Shown: positions 1 to 10,858, numbered from the stretch's first letter. The stretch is DNA of 52,617 bases from Desulfobacterales bacterium (GCA_013375375.1 JABXJX010000004.1:1-52617); one strand, 5' to 3'. The notes: a model not told the origin generated them from the sequence alone. Program-made: numbers and translations.

Positions 1-5
1 CAGAA

Positions 6-1229
6 TTGTACGTAGCCTATAATTTGCTCGTGACCCACAAGATACGGCGCCTGGTCGTTGTGGATGATGAAAACCATGTCATTGGCGTGGTAACCCAATC
101 CAACCTGATTGAATATCTCGGCTACGAATATTTTATCGAAGTCAAGAAAGTCTTCGAAGTAATGACAAAAGTCTTGTTCACCATATCCAAAGACATGACT
201 GTGTCCCAAGCCTTGAGCGATATGGCACGTGAGTCCTTAAGTTGTCTGGTTATTGCACAGGATGACCGGCCCGTGGGCATCTTGACCGAGCGCGACGTGG
301 CCAGACTGTTGGTCGATCTCGGCGATATCTGGGAGCTGAAAGTCGAAGAGGTTATGAGTTCTCCGGTCAACACACTGTCAAGGCAAACCCCCGTGCACGA
401 GGTTGCCAGGATCATGCAACAAGAAAAAATTCGCAGAGTGGTGGTGGTCGATGACGACGGTAAAATTGCTGGGTTGGCCACCCAATCCGACATCGTAAAG
501 GGGCTTGAAGGCAAGTACATCGAAACACTCAAGGAGGTTATCAAAGAAAAAGAAGTCGAGATAGAGAACACCTCAAGAGATTTGGCTGAAAAAACTGTTT
601 ATCTCGACAATATTCTTCATTCATCCGTTGACTTAGGCATTGTCGCCACGGATCTGGATTTACGTATCGCCTATTTCAACCCCGGCGCAGAGAAAATCCT
701 GGGATACTCGGCCCAAGAGGTCATTGGCCGGGATGCAAGGGAGATTCACCTCGAGGAAAATGTTGAAATATCTCGATTCGACAGAGTCATTGAAAGCATC
801 CCCAAGGACAAGAAACACGCGTTTAGTTTTGAGCGAGACAGGAAGGATGGGAAACGGTCCATTCGTGCAAGGGTCTCAGGAATATGGGATAAAGAAGAGA
901 TGCTGGTCGGGTTCGTTTTCATCCTTCGAGATATTACCGAGAAAAAGCAGGCCGAGGAGGCACAGCGGGAGAGTGAGCGGCGACTGTATGAAGAACAAAA
1001 GCGCCTGGAAATGCTGGAGCTCGCAAACGAGTTGGCTCTAAACCTGATGGATGAATTGAGAAACCCCCTCACTGCTGTTGGGGGGTATGCAGCGCGCATC
1101 TCTGACGGGGCCTATCCTGAAGACAAACTGAAAAAGTACACAGAACTCATCTTTGAAGAGTCCAAGAGGCTTGACACCGCACTCGAAGAGGCTGTAGCCC
1201 ACTTGAAGGCCGCAGCTGAGAAGGCATAG
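6..1229 (+). CDS. CBS-domain/PAS signal-transduction protein with degenerate HisKA-like C-terminus (5' end probably outside window)
   Basis: Repeated CBS motifs (IRRLVVVD...GVVTQS, VGILTERD), a PAS domain (YFNPGAEKILGYS...RDITEKK) and a C-terminal DELRNPL helix pair. Confidence 0.75.
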   Translation: MYVAYNLLVTHKIRRLVVVDDENHVIGVVTQSNLIEYLGYEYFIEVKKVFEVMTKVLFTISKDMTVSQALSDMARESLSCLVIAQDDRPVGILTERDVARLLVDLGDIWELKVEEVMSSPVNTLSRQTPVHEVARIMQQEKIRRVVVVDDDGKIAGLATQSDIVKGLEGKYIETLKEVIKEKEVEIENTSRDLAEKTVYLDNILHSSVDLGIVATDLDLRIAYFNPGAEKILGYSAQEVIGRDAREIHLEENVEISRFDRVIESIPKDKKHAFSFERDRKDGKRSIRARVSGIWDKEEMLVGFVFILRDITEKKQAEEAQRESERRLYEEQKRLEMLELANELALNLMDELRNPLTAVGGYAARISDGAYPEDKLKKYTELIFEESKRLDTALEEAVAHLKAAAEKA

Positions 1230-1252
1230 GCGGAAGCTTTCAGCAAAGGCGG

Positions 1253-1390
1253 GTCCGCGTGATTCTGCGGCAAAAAAGAAAATCCTGTTAATCCTGTCAA
1301 ATGAAAATAGCCGCTTAAGGCGTCAAAGACCTGTTTTTGGAATCTTTATCGTGGTATATTAGCAGGGTCGGGCTTGGTCCTACCCTAAAA
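1253..1390 (+). repeat. Intergenic repeat family A, copy 1
   Basis: gtccgcgtgattctgcgg...aaagaaaatcctgttaatcctgtc.aatgaaaatagccgcttaa...tcaaagacctgtttttggaatctttatcgtggtatat recurs at about 4071 and 4481. Confidence 0.85.
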
Positions 1391-1420
1391 GGACCTACTA
1401 ACCATTGGAGGAAAAAGGTA

Positions 1421-1711
1421 ATGAACAGAGATGAAATAGTCCTTTCTTTGCGCCGGTTCAAGGAGATGAACCAGGAAAAATATGACATAATCAAAATCGG
1501 CCTTTTTGGTTCAGCAGCCAGAGAGAGTATGATTGAGGAAAGTGATATTGATGTTGTTGTAGAACTAGGGAAACCGGATCTGTTCAACCTCATCGGTATT
1601 AAACAGGATTTGGAAGAACAATTGCACCGCTCGGTGGATATTGTAAGATATCGGGGGAAAATGAACGCATTTCTCAAACGCAGAATAGATAAAGAGGCCG
1701 TCTATGTATGA
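1421..1711 (+). CDS. mntA: Minimal nucleotidyltransferase (MNT) antitoxin
   Basis: GLFGSAAR...SDIDVVV...VDIV motif, 96 aa; ggagg upstream of ATG 1421. Confidence 0.85.
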   Translation: MNRDEIVLSLRRFKEMNQEKYDIIKIGLFGSAARESMIEESDIDVVVELGKPDLFNLIGIKQDLEEQLHRSVDIVRYRGKMNAFLKRRIDKEAVYV

Positions 1712-1881
1712 CAAAGAGCTCGCCGTGGAGATATTGTCCCAGATTTATCAGGCAACACAGACGATTTTGCAGCAGCCACCATTACTTTGAGACGGATGCA
1801 GAGTTAATATACGATGTTTGTATAAATCATATTGATGAGTTGGCACAGGCCATAAACAAAATGATTAAAGAGATATCATAA
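1704..1881 (+). pseudogene. hepT: HepT/DUF86 HEPN toxin, internally deleted and frameshifted
   Basis: ATG overlaps the MNT stop and reads MYDKELAVEILSQIYQATQTIL; another frame continues SHHYFETDAELIYDVCINHI...KEIS*. The middle, including the Arg of RxxxxH, is missing. Confidence 0.75.
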
Positions 1882-1915
1882 TGGTCCTGCACAAGGACTT
1901 TCCAAAATCACCCCA

Positions 1916-2009
1916 TGCAATGGTTGGAGTTTCTGGCGTTACAAGGACAAAAAAGGAGAATGGGTTCCTTTAAAAAATCTAAGAAAATAGTTTTACAAGG
2001 AGGGACAGA
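1916..2009 (+). repeat. 94-bp exact duplicate of the 3' end of the GIY-YIG-RAMA gene (5277-5370)
   Basis: Identical tgcaatggttggagtttctggcg...gagggacaga at both positions. Confidence 0.9.
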
Positions 2010-2064
2010 AGGGGTGTCCCCAACTTTCTCCAGTCCAATTATTTCCAATACGTGAGGGCCAGAT

Positions 2065-2892
2065 ATGAAACTGGATAAGATAGGTATTTGGTCTGAGATC
2101 AAGCTGGACATCATAAAAGAGTATGCCAGTGCTTTTACGACGATAATGAGAAAGCAAGACTGGTGTAGAGGATATGCCTATATTGATGCATTTGCTGGAG
2201 CAGGGGTCCATATCCGACGAAAAACAGGAGAATTAATTCCAGGATCACCATGGAACGCCCTTGAGATTGCCAACCCTTTTACAGAGTATCACTACATAGA
2301 TATTGATAAGAAAAAAACAGAAATTCTTGAGAGGCTGGCTCCTGAAAATTTCAATATAAAGATATACTTGGGAGATTGTAATGAAATATTGGCAAAGAAA
2401 ATATTCCCCACGCTTCAAAATAAAAGCAAAAAGAGAGCACTGTGCTTTTTTGATCCTTACGGTCTGCATCTCTACTGGGAAACCATTATTGAAGCTGCCA
2501 AACTAAGGACTACTGAGATCTTTCTGAACTTTCCCCTTATGGACATGAATCGGAATGTGTTGCATAAAGACCTTATTTCAGCAGACCCTGATCAGATTGA
2601 AAGAATGAATAAGTTCTGTGGCAGTGAAGATTGGCAAGAGATTCTGTACAGGAAGGGAAAGGACCTTTTTGGTGACACATATCAGATGAAGATTGGGAGC
2701 AACGTTCAACTGGGGAAGTGGTTTATGAGTGATAGGCTACAAAAGGCTGCTGGATTTAAATTTGTGCCCGAGCCCGTGCTTATGAGAAACAGCAAAGGTG
2801 GACCTTTATTCTTCTTATTTTTTGCTACATACAATGAAACAGGTAATAAGATTGTAAGTGAAATTTTTAATAAATACAGGAAATACTTGTAA
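2065..2892 (+). CDS. tcmP: Three-Cys-motif partner protein (TcmP), methyltransferase-like fold
   Basis: GIWSEIKLDII.EY, YIDAFAGAG, GSP..AL, GDCN, FFDPYG and EIFLNF motifs. Confidence 0.85.
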   Translation: MKLDKIGIWSEIKLDIIKEYASAFTTIMRKQDWCRGYAYIDAFAGAGVHIRRKTGELIPGSPWNALEIANPFTEYHYIDIDKKKTEILERLAPENFNIKIYLGDCNEILAKKIFPTLQNKSKKRALCFFDPYGLHLYWETIIEAAKLRTTEIFLNFPLMDMNRNVLHKDLISADPDQIERMNKFCGSEDWQEILYRKGKDLFGDTYQMKIGSNVQLGKWFMSDRLQKAAGFKFVPEPVLMRNSKGGPLFFLFFATYNETGNKIVSEIFNKYRKYL

Positions 2893-4043
2893 TGGCTATT
2901 CTAAAGGAGCGCCCAGCTGAGGAGATGGAAGTCGCAAATCGAGTTCGGGAAGAAGGCCTGGCATATTCTCAAGGAGAAATGCAAGAGCCTCTTGTGAGTG
3001 AATTGTGGGCTATCCGTGGTAAGACCAACGAGGTAAGGGTTAAACAAATAGCCAGTCAATCCAAGTTACCTTTGATTTGGATAGAAAAGATACCAGGTGT
3101 AAATGGCGAAAGAGGCACAGAAAAGCTGCGAGTTGAAAGAAGTGTCCTTTTATTGCGCGATAGAATCAGTCCCTTTATTGAACAGTTCCAGCATCCCATA
3201 GGGCGGTGTGCCAAATTCTATAAATTAACAGCCTACAATAGTTGTAATTTCTGGTGCGAGTATTGTTATCTTTATTTGACCTTCCGAACACAGCCTGTTT
3301 CCACCCATTTTATAAACTATGAGAAGATGTATGACGAGATTGAAAAATTTGACAGATCACGCATACCAAAATCCTTAAGAGTCTTAAATCTTGGTGAACT
3401 TGGTGATCCTCTGGCAGTAGACTACATTACGGGCTTTGCAAAACAAATTATTCCCTTCATGCCTGAACACGCACCACGTACACGATTGCTGTTTCTGACA
3501 AAAAGTGACTGTGTGGATGAGATTTTAGGGCTTGACCACGAAGGGCAATCAATTATCTCGTTTAGTGTAAATACTGATAAGGTCTTTGAACAGTTAGAGC
3601 ACAGGACGCCTTCTCCTGAATCCCGGTTGGCGGCTGCGGCAAAAGTCCAGCAGGCAGGCTACGAAGTGCGCTTGAGAATTGATCCTGTCATCTTCTATTC
3701 TACCTGGGAGAAGGACTACACATCACTGGTTGATAAGATATTTCAATTTGTGCAGCCTACAAGGATAACGATAGGTGAATACCGACCTTCTAATGGGCTC
3801 GCCAACCATATAAGCTCGCGGTTTCCCGAGTCTGCTTTATTGAAGGTCAACAAAAGCCTGGTTAGAGAAGGAAAAAAGCTTCGATACCCTAAGAATTTGA
3901 GGATCAAGATGTTCAGAACAATCATAGACGCAATAAAAAAGCATAAAAGTGATATTGATATCGCTTTATGCAAAGAGCAGCCACAAATATGGAAGGCGCT
4001 CGGTTTAGGGATGAAAGGGCTATCATGCAACTGCGTTAAGTAG
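2892..4043 (+). CDS. Radical SAM protein, spore photoproduct lyase (SplB)-like
   Basis: CNFWCEYCYL (CxxxCxxC), GELGDPL, FLTKS, SFSVN, E..TPS..SRL.AA, RIDPVI and LCKE motifs; coupled to tcmP (TAATG). Confidence 0.8.
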   Translation: MAILKERPAEEMEVANRVREEGLAYSQGEMQEPLVSELWAIRGKTNEVRVKQIASQSKLPLIWIEKIPGVNGERGTEKLRVERSVLLLRDRISPFIEQFQHPIGRCAKFYKLTAYNSCNFWCEYCYLYLTFRTQPVSTHFINYEKMYDEIEKFDRSRIPKSLRVLNLGELGDPLAVDYITGFAKQIIPFMPEHAPRTRLLFLTKSDCVDEILGLDHEGQSIISFSVNTDKVFEQLEHRTPSPESRLAAAAKVQQAGYEVRLRIDPVIFYSTWEKDYTSLVDKIFQFVQPTRITIGEYRPSNGLANHISSRFPESALLKVNKSLVREGKKLRYPKNLRIKMFRTIIDAIKKHKSDIDIALCKEQPQIWKALGLGMKGLSCNCVK

Positions 4044-4070
4044 ATGGCGAGGTGGTGTCGCCACAATAGT

Positions 4071-4181
4071 CTGCGTATGTCTGCGGCTGTCTGCGGCAGA
4101 AAAGAAAATCCTGTCAATCCTGTCGAATGAAAATAGCCGCTTAAGACCTCAAAACACTTATTTTTGGAATGTTTATCTTTG
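4071..4181 (+). repeat. Intergenic repeat family A, copy 2
   Basis: ctgcgtatgtctgcgg...aaagaaaatcctgtcaatcctgtcgaatgaaaatagccgcttaa...tttttggaatgtttatc. Confidence 0.8.
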
Positions 4182-4209
4182 AATCCAAATTGAGATTGGA
4201 GCAGAAATA

Positions 4210-4398
4210 ATGAAACCGAAAAAGTTTGAAGTAAAAATATACTACTCATGCTTTTGCACTTATCAGATTGAAGCAAAAAATGAGGCAGAAGCAATTATAG
4301 GAGGCAGGAATCGACAAATTGATAGTATTGAGCTATTATCTAACCTTGAAAATTGGAAAGAAGCTGATACAGCGGAATTAAATGACTATGAAGGGTAA
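4210..4398 (+). CDS. Small hypothetical protein (weak resemblance to DpnD/PcfM-type proteins)
   Basis: 62-aa ORF with ggag RBS and pattern KFEVKI......IEAKNEAEAI. Confidence 0.45.
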   Translation: MKPKKFEVKIYYSCFCTYQIEAKNEAEAIIGGRNRQIDSIELLSNLENWKEADTAELNDYEG

Positions 4399-4401
4399 GA
4401 T

Positions 4402-4461
4402 AGGGTCACATCTTAAAAATTAAGTTTAGCCTTCAACCTTTAACATTTAAGATGTGACCCT
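4402..4461. repeat. REP-like hairpin, 16-bp perfect inverted repeat
   Basis: AGGGTCACATCTTAAA ... TTTAAGATGTGACCCT; the left arm recurs at about 38825. Confidence 0.85.
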
Positions 4462-4480
4462 GCGTGCTCCTCTAGACAGA

Positions 4481-4641
4481 TGTCTGCGTATGTCCGCGTG
4501 ATTCTGCGGTAAAGAGAATAAAAGAAAATCCTGATGATCCTGTTAATCCTGTCGAATGAAAATAGCCGCTTAATGCATCAAAGACCTGTTTTTGGAATCT
4601 TTATCGTGGTATATCAAAGGTGGGGCTTGGTCCGATCCTGA
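4481..4641 (+). repeat. Intergenic repeat family A, copy 3
   Basis: Near-identical to 1253-1390, including gggcttggtcc. Confidence 0.85.
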
Positions 4642-4661
4642 AAATCCGGAGGAACAAATAA

Positions 4662-5351
4662 ATGGCAAAACAGAAGCAGCTAGTTCTTCAACATCTTGAA
4701 GATATATCCTGGAAGGTTTTGGAAGAGTATCCAGGGGTCGTCAAAGAGATGATCCGTAAAAAATCGGGTGTCTATGCCCTATATCGTAGGAACAAATTGT
4801 ACTATGTGGGCCTTGCTAGCAATCTTATGGGGCGGTTAAAAACCCATCTTAAAGATAGGCACCATGGCTCCTGGGAAAGATTCAGCGTATATCTGACAGT
4901 CCGTAATGAGCATATGAAAGAACTTGAATCTTTACTCTTGCGTATCGTTAATCCAAGCGGCAACAAACAAACCGGAAAATTTGCTAAGTCAGAAAACCTC
5001 CGTTCAACTCTCAATCAGAAAATCAAGGAGAACGATGCTGATCGGAGAGCATTGCTCATAGGTGGCCATGTTGCCCGTCGACGCCGTAGGTCTAAGATAA
5101 AGAAAGGGGAGGGGATCAAATCGCTTGCGGGAATAGTGGATCGTAGAATAAGCCTGAAAAGAGTGTATAAGGGTAAGGTATTCAAGGCATCTCTTCGAAA
5201 AGATGGTACCATCAGTTTTAAGGGAAAGGTTTATGAGTCTCCAACTGGAGCTGCCAGGAAAGTAGTCGGTCGGACTTGCAATGGTTGGAGTTTCTGGCGT
5301 TACAAGGACAAAAAAGGAGAATGGGTTCCTTTAAAAAATCTAAGAAAATAG
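4662..5351 (+). CDS. GIY-YIG nuclease fused to a C-terminal RAMA domain
   Basis: SGVYALY...YYVGLA.NL..RL..H...E.LE..NP.GN; C-terminal DGTI...YESPTGAA......NGWSFWRY. Confidence 0.8.
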   Translation: MAKQKQLVLQHLEDISWKVLEEYPGVVKEMIRKKSGVYALYRRNKLYYVGLASNLMGRLKTHLKDRHHGSWERFSVYLTVRNEHMKELESLLLRIVNPSGNKQTGKFAKSENLRSTLNQKIKENDADRRALLIGGHVARRRRRSKIKKGEGIKSLAGIVDRRISLKRVYKGKVFKASLRKDGTISFKGKVYESPTGAARKVVGRTCNGWSFWRYKDKKGEWVPLKNLRK

Positions 5352-5428
5352 TTTTACAAGGAGGGACAGAGGGGAGCATTCTATAGTCCCCCTGGTTCGG
5401 GTCGACGGTCGATTGAACGGAGATACTT

Positions 5429-7597
5429 ATGGCGAGGAAAAAGAAACCAAATTTGAAAAAAGAAACAAGTAATGGAGCCAATCTGGGTTTTGAAAGCCAG
5501 CTCTGGGCCGCGGCAGACAAGCTGCGTGGCCATATGGACGCTTCCGAGTATAAGCATGTTGTGCTCGGACTAATTTTTCTGAAGTACATTTCCGACGCCT
5601 TTCAGGCAAAATATCAGGAGTTGGAAGCGACGAAGGAGGCCGATTATACCGACCCTGAAGACCGCGATGAATATGCGGCTGCCAACATTTTCTGGGTACC
5701 CAAAGAGGCCCGCTGGGAGAAACTCCTTGCAGGGGCCAAGCAGCCGACCATTGGCAAACTCATTGATGACGCCATGGTCGCTATTGAAAAAGAGAACCCA
5801 AGCCTTAAAGGTGTTTTGCCCAAGGATTATGCCCGCCCATCTCTAGATAAACACCGTCTCGGGGAGCTTCTCGATATTATTGGAAAGATCGGCCTTGGTG
5901 ATAAGGCGGCCCAATCAAAGGACATCCTCGGCCGGGTATACGAGTATTTTCTTGGCCGTTTTGCCGCGGCTGAAGGCAAAGGCGGGGGTGAGTTCTATAC
6001 GCCCCAGTGTGTGGTGAAACTCCTGGTTAGAATGATCGAACCCTATAAGGGTAGAGTTTATGACCCTTGTTGCGGTTCTGGGGGTATGTTTGTTCAAAGC
6101 AGGCGGTTTGCTGAGGAACATAACGGAAAGCTCGGAGATATCTCTATCTACGGTCAGGAATCCAACCCTACAACATGGAAGCTGGCCATGATGAACATGG
6201 CTATACGAGGTATTGACGCCAATCTGGGCGGCCGGCATGCGGACAGCTTCCATAACGATCTGCACAAAGACCTCAGAACTGACTTCATTCTCGCAAATCC
6301 GCCCTTCAATATGAGCGACTGGGGTGGTAAACGTCTGCGCGAAGACGTCCGATGGAAGTACGGAATCCCTCCCATTTCGAATGCCAATTTCGCTTGGGTA
6401 CAACACTTCGCCTACCATCTGGCACCGAACGGATTTGCTGGGTTCGTTCTTGCTCAGGCCTCCCTTTCATCTGAGTCCCAAATAGAAAATGAGATCAGGC
6501 GCAGCATTGTAGAGGATGATTTGGTTGATTGCATTGTAACGTTGCCAGGGAAGCTCTTCTATACGACCCCCATACCCGTATGCCTATGGTTTCTCGCAAG
6601 GAAGAAGAACCACGCCAAGTTCAGAAACCGGTCAAAAGAAATCCTTTTCATTGATGCAAGTGCTCTAGGGATGCCAGAGTCCCGCACACATAGCTATTTA
6701 AGCGATAGCGATATCGAGCGAATTGCAGAGGCATACCATCAGTGGCGTTCAAAAGATGGACAGTATGAGGATCATAATGGGTTTTGCCGTTCCGTTCACA
6801 CCGATGATGTACGCAACGGCGGCTACAGTCTGTTTCCTGCGAAATATGTCGGAGTGGTTCACGTAGACGACGCCATTTCTTCCAGAGAGTTCTCGAAAAA
6901 CCTTCTTCAGAAATGGGATGAATATCTACGGTGCCGCGAAAAGCAGCATAGTGTCGCCCGACAGGTTGACAGTGCCATGCACGTTGCAGTCAGGAAACAA
7001 CGGATCATACGCCCTTCGAAATACATCAATATCAAACTCGATGACATTCTGGAACGGTCAGACGAAAGGCTAGGAAGTCGTCCAGAACCAGAGATACTTA
7101 CTTGCACAGAACGAGCTGGTCTCATTTTCCAGAAAGAGCGTTTTGCTAAACGTGTCGCTACGAAGAACACTAGTAAGTACAAAGTGGTGCGTAAAACTGA
7201 CATTGTCTACAATCCCTACTTACTTTGGGCAGGAGCCATTGACCAATGTTGGATTGTCGACATAGGTATTACATCACCAGCGTACGAAGTATTGCGTGTG
7301 AGAGATGGTTTCAATGCCACCCTCGTAGGCGCTCTGATTAAGAGTCCAAGAATGATCAAGACCTACAACGGCATTTCTGTCGGGACAGTACAGAGGAGAA
7401 GAAGATCACCTGTCGAAAGGTTCCTAGATCTGGACGTAGTAATTCCATCGCTTAATGACCAGAAACGTTTCAGTGAATTGAGCACCGCTATACAGAACGA
7501 GAGGCTTTTGCTCAGGGAAACTGCTCAGTGCATAGATGTGGTTCTTCTGGACCTGTGCAAATTTTGGCTCCTGTACAATGGAATACAGGAAGCGTAA
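5429..7597 (+). CDS. hsdM: Type I R-M N6-adenine methyltransferase fused to a single HsdS-type target recognition domain
   Basis: [26 protein letters not shown] and NPPF motifs; C-terminal KLDDIL...[13 protein letters not shown]...GITSPAYEV...[13 protein letters not shown]. Confidence 0.9.
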   Translation: MARKKKPNLKKETSNGANLGFESQLWAAADKLRGHMDASEYKHVVLGLIFLKYISDAFQAKYQELEATKEADYTDPEDRDEYAAANIFWVPKEARWEKLLAGAKQPTIGKLIDDAMVAIEKENPSLKGVLPKDYARPSLDKHRLGELLDIIGKIGLGDKAAQSKDILGRVYEYFLGRFAAAEGKGGGEFYTPQCVVKLLVRMIEPYKGRVYDPCCGSGGMFVQSRRFAEEHNGKLGDISIYGQESNPTTWKLAMMNMAIRGIDANLGGRHADSFHNDLHKDLRTDFILANPPFNMSDWGGKRLREDVRWKYGIPPISNANFAWVQHFAYHLAPNGFAGFVLAQASLSSESQIENEIRRSIVEDDLVDCIVTLPGKLFYTTPIPVCLWFLARKKNHAKFRNRSKEILFIDASALGMPESRTHSYLSDSDIERIAEAYHQWRSKDGQYEDHNGFCRSVHTDDVRNGGYSLFPAKYVGVVHVDDAISSREFSKNLLQKWDEYLRCREKQHSVARQVDSAMHVAVRKQRIIRPSKYINIKLDDILERSDERLGSRPEPEILTCTERAGLIFQKERFAKRVATKNTSKYKVVRKTDIVYNPYLLWAGAIDQCWIVDIGITSPAYEVLRVRDGFNATLVGALIKSPRMIKTYNGISVGTVQRRRRSPVERFLDLDVVIPSLNDQKRFSELSTAIQNERLLLRETAQCIDVVLLDLCKFWLLYNGIQEA

Positions 7598-7627
7598 GCC
7601 GAGTGTCTCGCAACAAAGGTGAGGAGC

Positions 7628-10600
7628 ATGATTGATGGTTCTGTCAATGAGTCGGCTTTAGAACGAACCACTCTCGACTGGTTTTGGGGCATGGGTTGGC
7701 AAACAGCTTTTGGACCGGACATAAGCCCTGATGGTCTAGCCTGTGAACGCGAGAATTACGACCAAGTCTTGTTCGTTGGACGACTTTTTACTGCTCTTGA
7801 AAACATCAACCCGAACATCCCCGCAGATGCCATTGATGAAGCCGTTCGCAAGATCACGCGCACCGAATCTCCCAGCCTGATTGAGAACAACAGACGCTTT
7901 CATCTCATGCTCACCGATGGCGTGGATGTTTCCTACATGCAAGACGGCCGCGAGGTACACGATAAGGTCTGGCTGCTGGACCTTGACGACTTGGAAAACA
8001 ACGATTGGCTTGTTGTCAACCAGTTTACCGTCATTGAAGATCGCAGGAACCGCAGGCCGGACATTGTGGTGTTTGTCAATGGCCTTCCCCTGGCGGTTAT
8101 TGAACTCAAAAACCCGGCAGATGAAAAGGCGACCATTCGCCAGGCATACAACCAGTTTCAAACTTACAAGAAAGATATCCCAGCACTATTTGGCTTCAAC
8201 GAAGTGTTGGTCATTTCAGACGGCCTTGAGGCCCGGATGGGGACGCTTACAAGTGGCTGGGACCGTTTCATGCCCTGGCGGACTATTGAAGGTAAAGAGG
8301 TTGCGCCAAAGGGCTCTGTCGAGCTCGAAGTTCTCTTGAAGGGTGTCTTTGAGAAGCGGCGTTTTCTTGATCTAATCATGAATTTTGTAGTCTTTGAGGA
8401 CGATGGGGCGACTATCATGAAAAAGGCGGCGGCATATCACCAGTTTCATGCTGTTAACAGAGCAGTGGACTGCACTCTGTCAGCCTGCGGTATTGAGGCA
8501 CAACCCAACCAATTATATGCACGCTTTCCTGCCATGGATGAACAGAACCCCTTTGAGGTGAAAGAACCCTTTGCACTGTATGGTCAAAACACGGATCATT
8601 TCGGTGGGCGGCGTATCGGGGTGATCTGGCATACCCAGGGGAGCGGAAAGAGCCTCTTGATGGCGTTCTTTGCAGGGAAGGTGATCCGCCATCCGGCCAT
8701 GGAAAACCCCACTCTGCTGATGATCACTGACAGAAACGATCTGGACGACCAGCTTTTCGGCACTTTTTCCGGCTGCAAGGACCTCTTGCGCCAGACCCCT
8801 GTGCAGGCTGAAAGCAGGCCACACCTGCGGGAACTCCTGAAGGTCCCTGCCGGTGGCGTGGTGTTTACCACCATTCAGAAATTCATGCCGGATGCTAAAG
8901 GCGACCAGTACCCGGAGTTGTCGCCGCGGCGGAACATTGTGGTCATTGCCGACGAAGCCCACCGGAGCCAATATGATTTTATTGACGGTTTTGCCCGTCA
9001 CATGCACGACGCGCTGCCGAAAGCATCCTTCATTGGATTTACAGCCACGCCTATAGAAAGTACGGACAGAAGCACCCCCGCCGTATTCGGGGATTATATC
9101 GACAAGTATGATATTCTCCAGGGTGTTGAGGACAGGGCCACGGTCCGGATCTATTATGAAGGGCGACTGGCAAAAATTGAGCTGCGCGAACAGGAAAGGC
9201 CGAAGATCGATCCGGAGTTTGAAGAAATTACCGAGGGGGAGGAAGAATCCGAAAAGCAGCGCTTGCGCACCAAGTGGGCCGCACTTGAGGCGATGGTGGG
9301 CACAGAGAAGCGAATCGGCCTTGTTGCCAACGACCTGGTAAATCACTTTGAGAGTCGGCTGGCCGTGATGGATGGAAAGGCGATGATCGTGTGCATGAGT
9401 CGCCGCATTTGCGTGGACATGTACAATGCTATTGTTAAGCTTCGTCCGGATTGGCATGCCGACGATGATGACAAGGGGATGGTAAAGATCGTTATGTCCG
9501 GCGCGGCATCCGACAAAGTGGACTGGCAGCTCCATATCCGTAACAAAGCGCGCAGGGAATCCCTGGCAAAGCGGTTTAAAGACTCCCAGACCCCTTTCAA
9601 ACTGGTGATTGTCCGTGATATGTGGCTCACCGGGTTTGACTGCCCGTCGCTTCATACCATGTATGTGGATAAGCCAATGCGAGGTCACGGCCTGATGCAG
9701 GCGATTGCGAGAGTCAATCGTGTTTTCAAGGACAAACCCGGCGGCTTGGTGGTGGATTACCTGGGGCTTGCCGACCAGCTCAAACGTGCACTGGCGGACT
9801 ACACTGAGGCAGGCGGCAGGGGTAAGGCGACGGTCGACCAGGAAGAGGCTGTAGCTGTTATGACGGAAAAATACGAAATCGTCGTCTCCATGTTCCATGG
9901 GTTTGACTATGCTGTGTTTCTTCATGCTGAACCGTCGCAGCGCATAGCGGGCATTGCCGCTGCCATGGAGCATATCTTGACCCTGGAAGACGGGAAAAAG
10001 AGATATCTTGAAGCTGTAACGGCCTTGTCAAAGGCTTTTGCTTTGGCTGTGCCACGTGAGGAGGCGATTAAGATTCGCGACGATATTGGTTTTTTCCAGG
10101 AAGTCCGGAGCGGCCTGGCCAAGGCAACCGTCGAGGGGGCCAGCAAGACGCCTGAAGACCTGGACACGGCGATTCGACAACTCGTGTCCCGTGCCGTGGC
10201 TCCGGATGGGGTCGTGGACATATTCGCAGTCGCAGGGCTCAAAAAGCCCGATATATCTATCCTGTCGGATGATTTCCTTCAAGAGGTCCGGCAGCTTCCG
10301 CACCGGAACCTCGCCGTTGAATTACTCCGAAAGCTCCTGAATGACGAGATCAAGGTACGATCGAAAAAGAATGTAGTTCAAGCGAAGTCTTTTGCCGAGA
10401 TGCTGGAGAAATCAATACAGAAGTATCAAAACCGGATGATTGAGGCGGCTCAAGTTATTGAGGAGTTGATCGAATTAGCCAAGGAAATGCGCGAGGCAGG
10501 AAAGCGCGGAGAAAAACTCGGTCTGACAGAGGATGAAATTGCGTTCTATGATGCATTAGGGGTCAACGACAGTGCTGTAAAGGTGTTAGGGGATAAGACG

Positions 10601-10816
10601 CTTAAGACCATCGCACACGAATTAGTGGAGGCTGTTCGCAAAAGCGTCAGTGTTGATTGGACCGTTCGAGAGAATGCGCGAGCTCAGATTCGCGTAATTG
10701 TTAAACGCATTCTGCGCAAATACGGCTATCCCCCCGATAAGCAGGAGAAAGCGACACAGACTGTTTTGGAACAGGCAGAAGTTCTTTGTCACGACTGGAT
10801 GGAAAAAGCGGCATGA
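7628..10816 (+). CDS. hsdR: Type I R-M restriction subunit
   Basis: [20 protein letters not shown] nuclease motif, [37 protein letters not shown]; aggag before ATG 7628. Confidence 0.95.
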   Translation: MIDGSVNESALERTTLDWFWGMGWQTAFGPDISPDGLACERENYDQVLFVGRLFTALENINPNIPADAIDEAVRKITRTESPSLIENNRRFHLMLTDGVDVSYMQDGREVHDKVWLLDLDDLENNDWLVVNQFTVIEDRRNRRPDIVVFVNGLPLAVIELKNPADEKATIRQAYNQFQTYKKDIPALFGFNEVLVISDGLEARMGTLTSGWDRFMPWRTIEGKEVAPKGSVELEVLLKGVFEKRRFLDLIMNFVVFEDDGATIMKKAAAYHQFHAVNRAVDCTLSACGIEAQPNQLYARFPAMDEQNPFEVKEPFALYGQNTDHFGGRRIGVIWHTQGSGKSLLMAFFAGKVIRHPAMENPTLLMITDRNDLDDQLFGTFSGCKDLLRQTPVQAESRPHLRELLKVPAGGVVFTTIQKFMPDAKGDQYPELSPRRNIVVIADEAHRSQYDFIDGFARHMHDALPKASFIGFTATPIESTDRSTPAVFGDYIDKYDILQGVEDRATVRIYYEGRLAKIELREQERPKIDPEFEEITEGEEESEKQRLRTKWAALEAMVGTEKRIGLVANDLVNHFESRLAVMDGKAMIVCMSRRICVDMYNAIVKLRPDWHADDDDKGMVKIVMSGAASDKVDWQLHIRNKARRESLAKRFKDSQTPFKLVIVRDMWLTGFDCPSLHTMYVDKPMRGHGLMQAIARVNRVFKDKPGGLVVDYLGLADQLKRALADYTEAGGRGKATVDQEEAVAVMTEKYEIVVSMFHGFDYAVFLHAEPSQRIAGIAAAMEHILTLEDGKKRYLEAVTALSKAFALAVPREEAIKIRDDIGFFQEVRSGLAKATVEGASKTPEDLDTAIRQLVSRAVAPDGVVDIFAVAGLKKPDISILSDDFLQEVRQLPHRNLAVELLRKLLNDEIKVRSKKNVVQAKSFAEMLEKSIQKYQNRMIEAAQVIEELIELAKEMREAGKRGEKLGLTEDEIAFYDALGVNDSAVKVLGDKTLKTIAHELVEAVRKSVSVDWTVRENARAQIRVIVKRILRKYGYPPDKQEKATQTVLEQAEVLCHDWMEKAA

Positions 10817-10858
10817 AGGAGTCGAACCGAAATAAGAGTGTGAAGATTGGAAATGTCC

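Noticed and set aside
8513-9973. 486-aa minus-strand ORF
   Set aside because: Antisense shadow of hsdR with no recognisable motifs; the same applies to the many shadow ORFs over other long genes.
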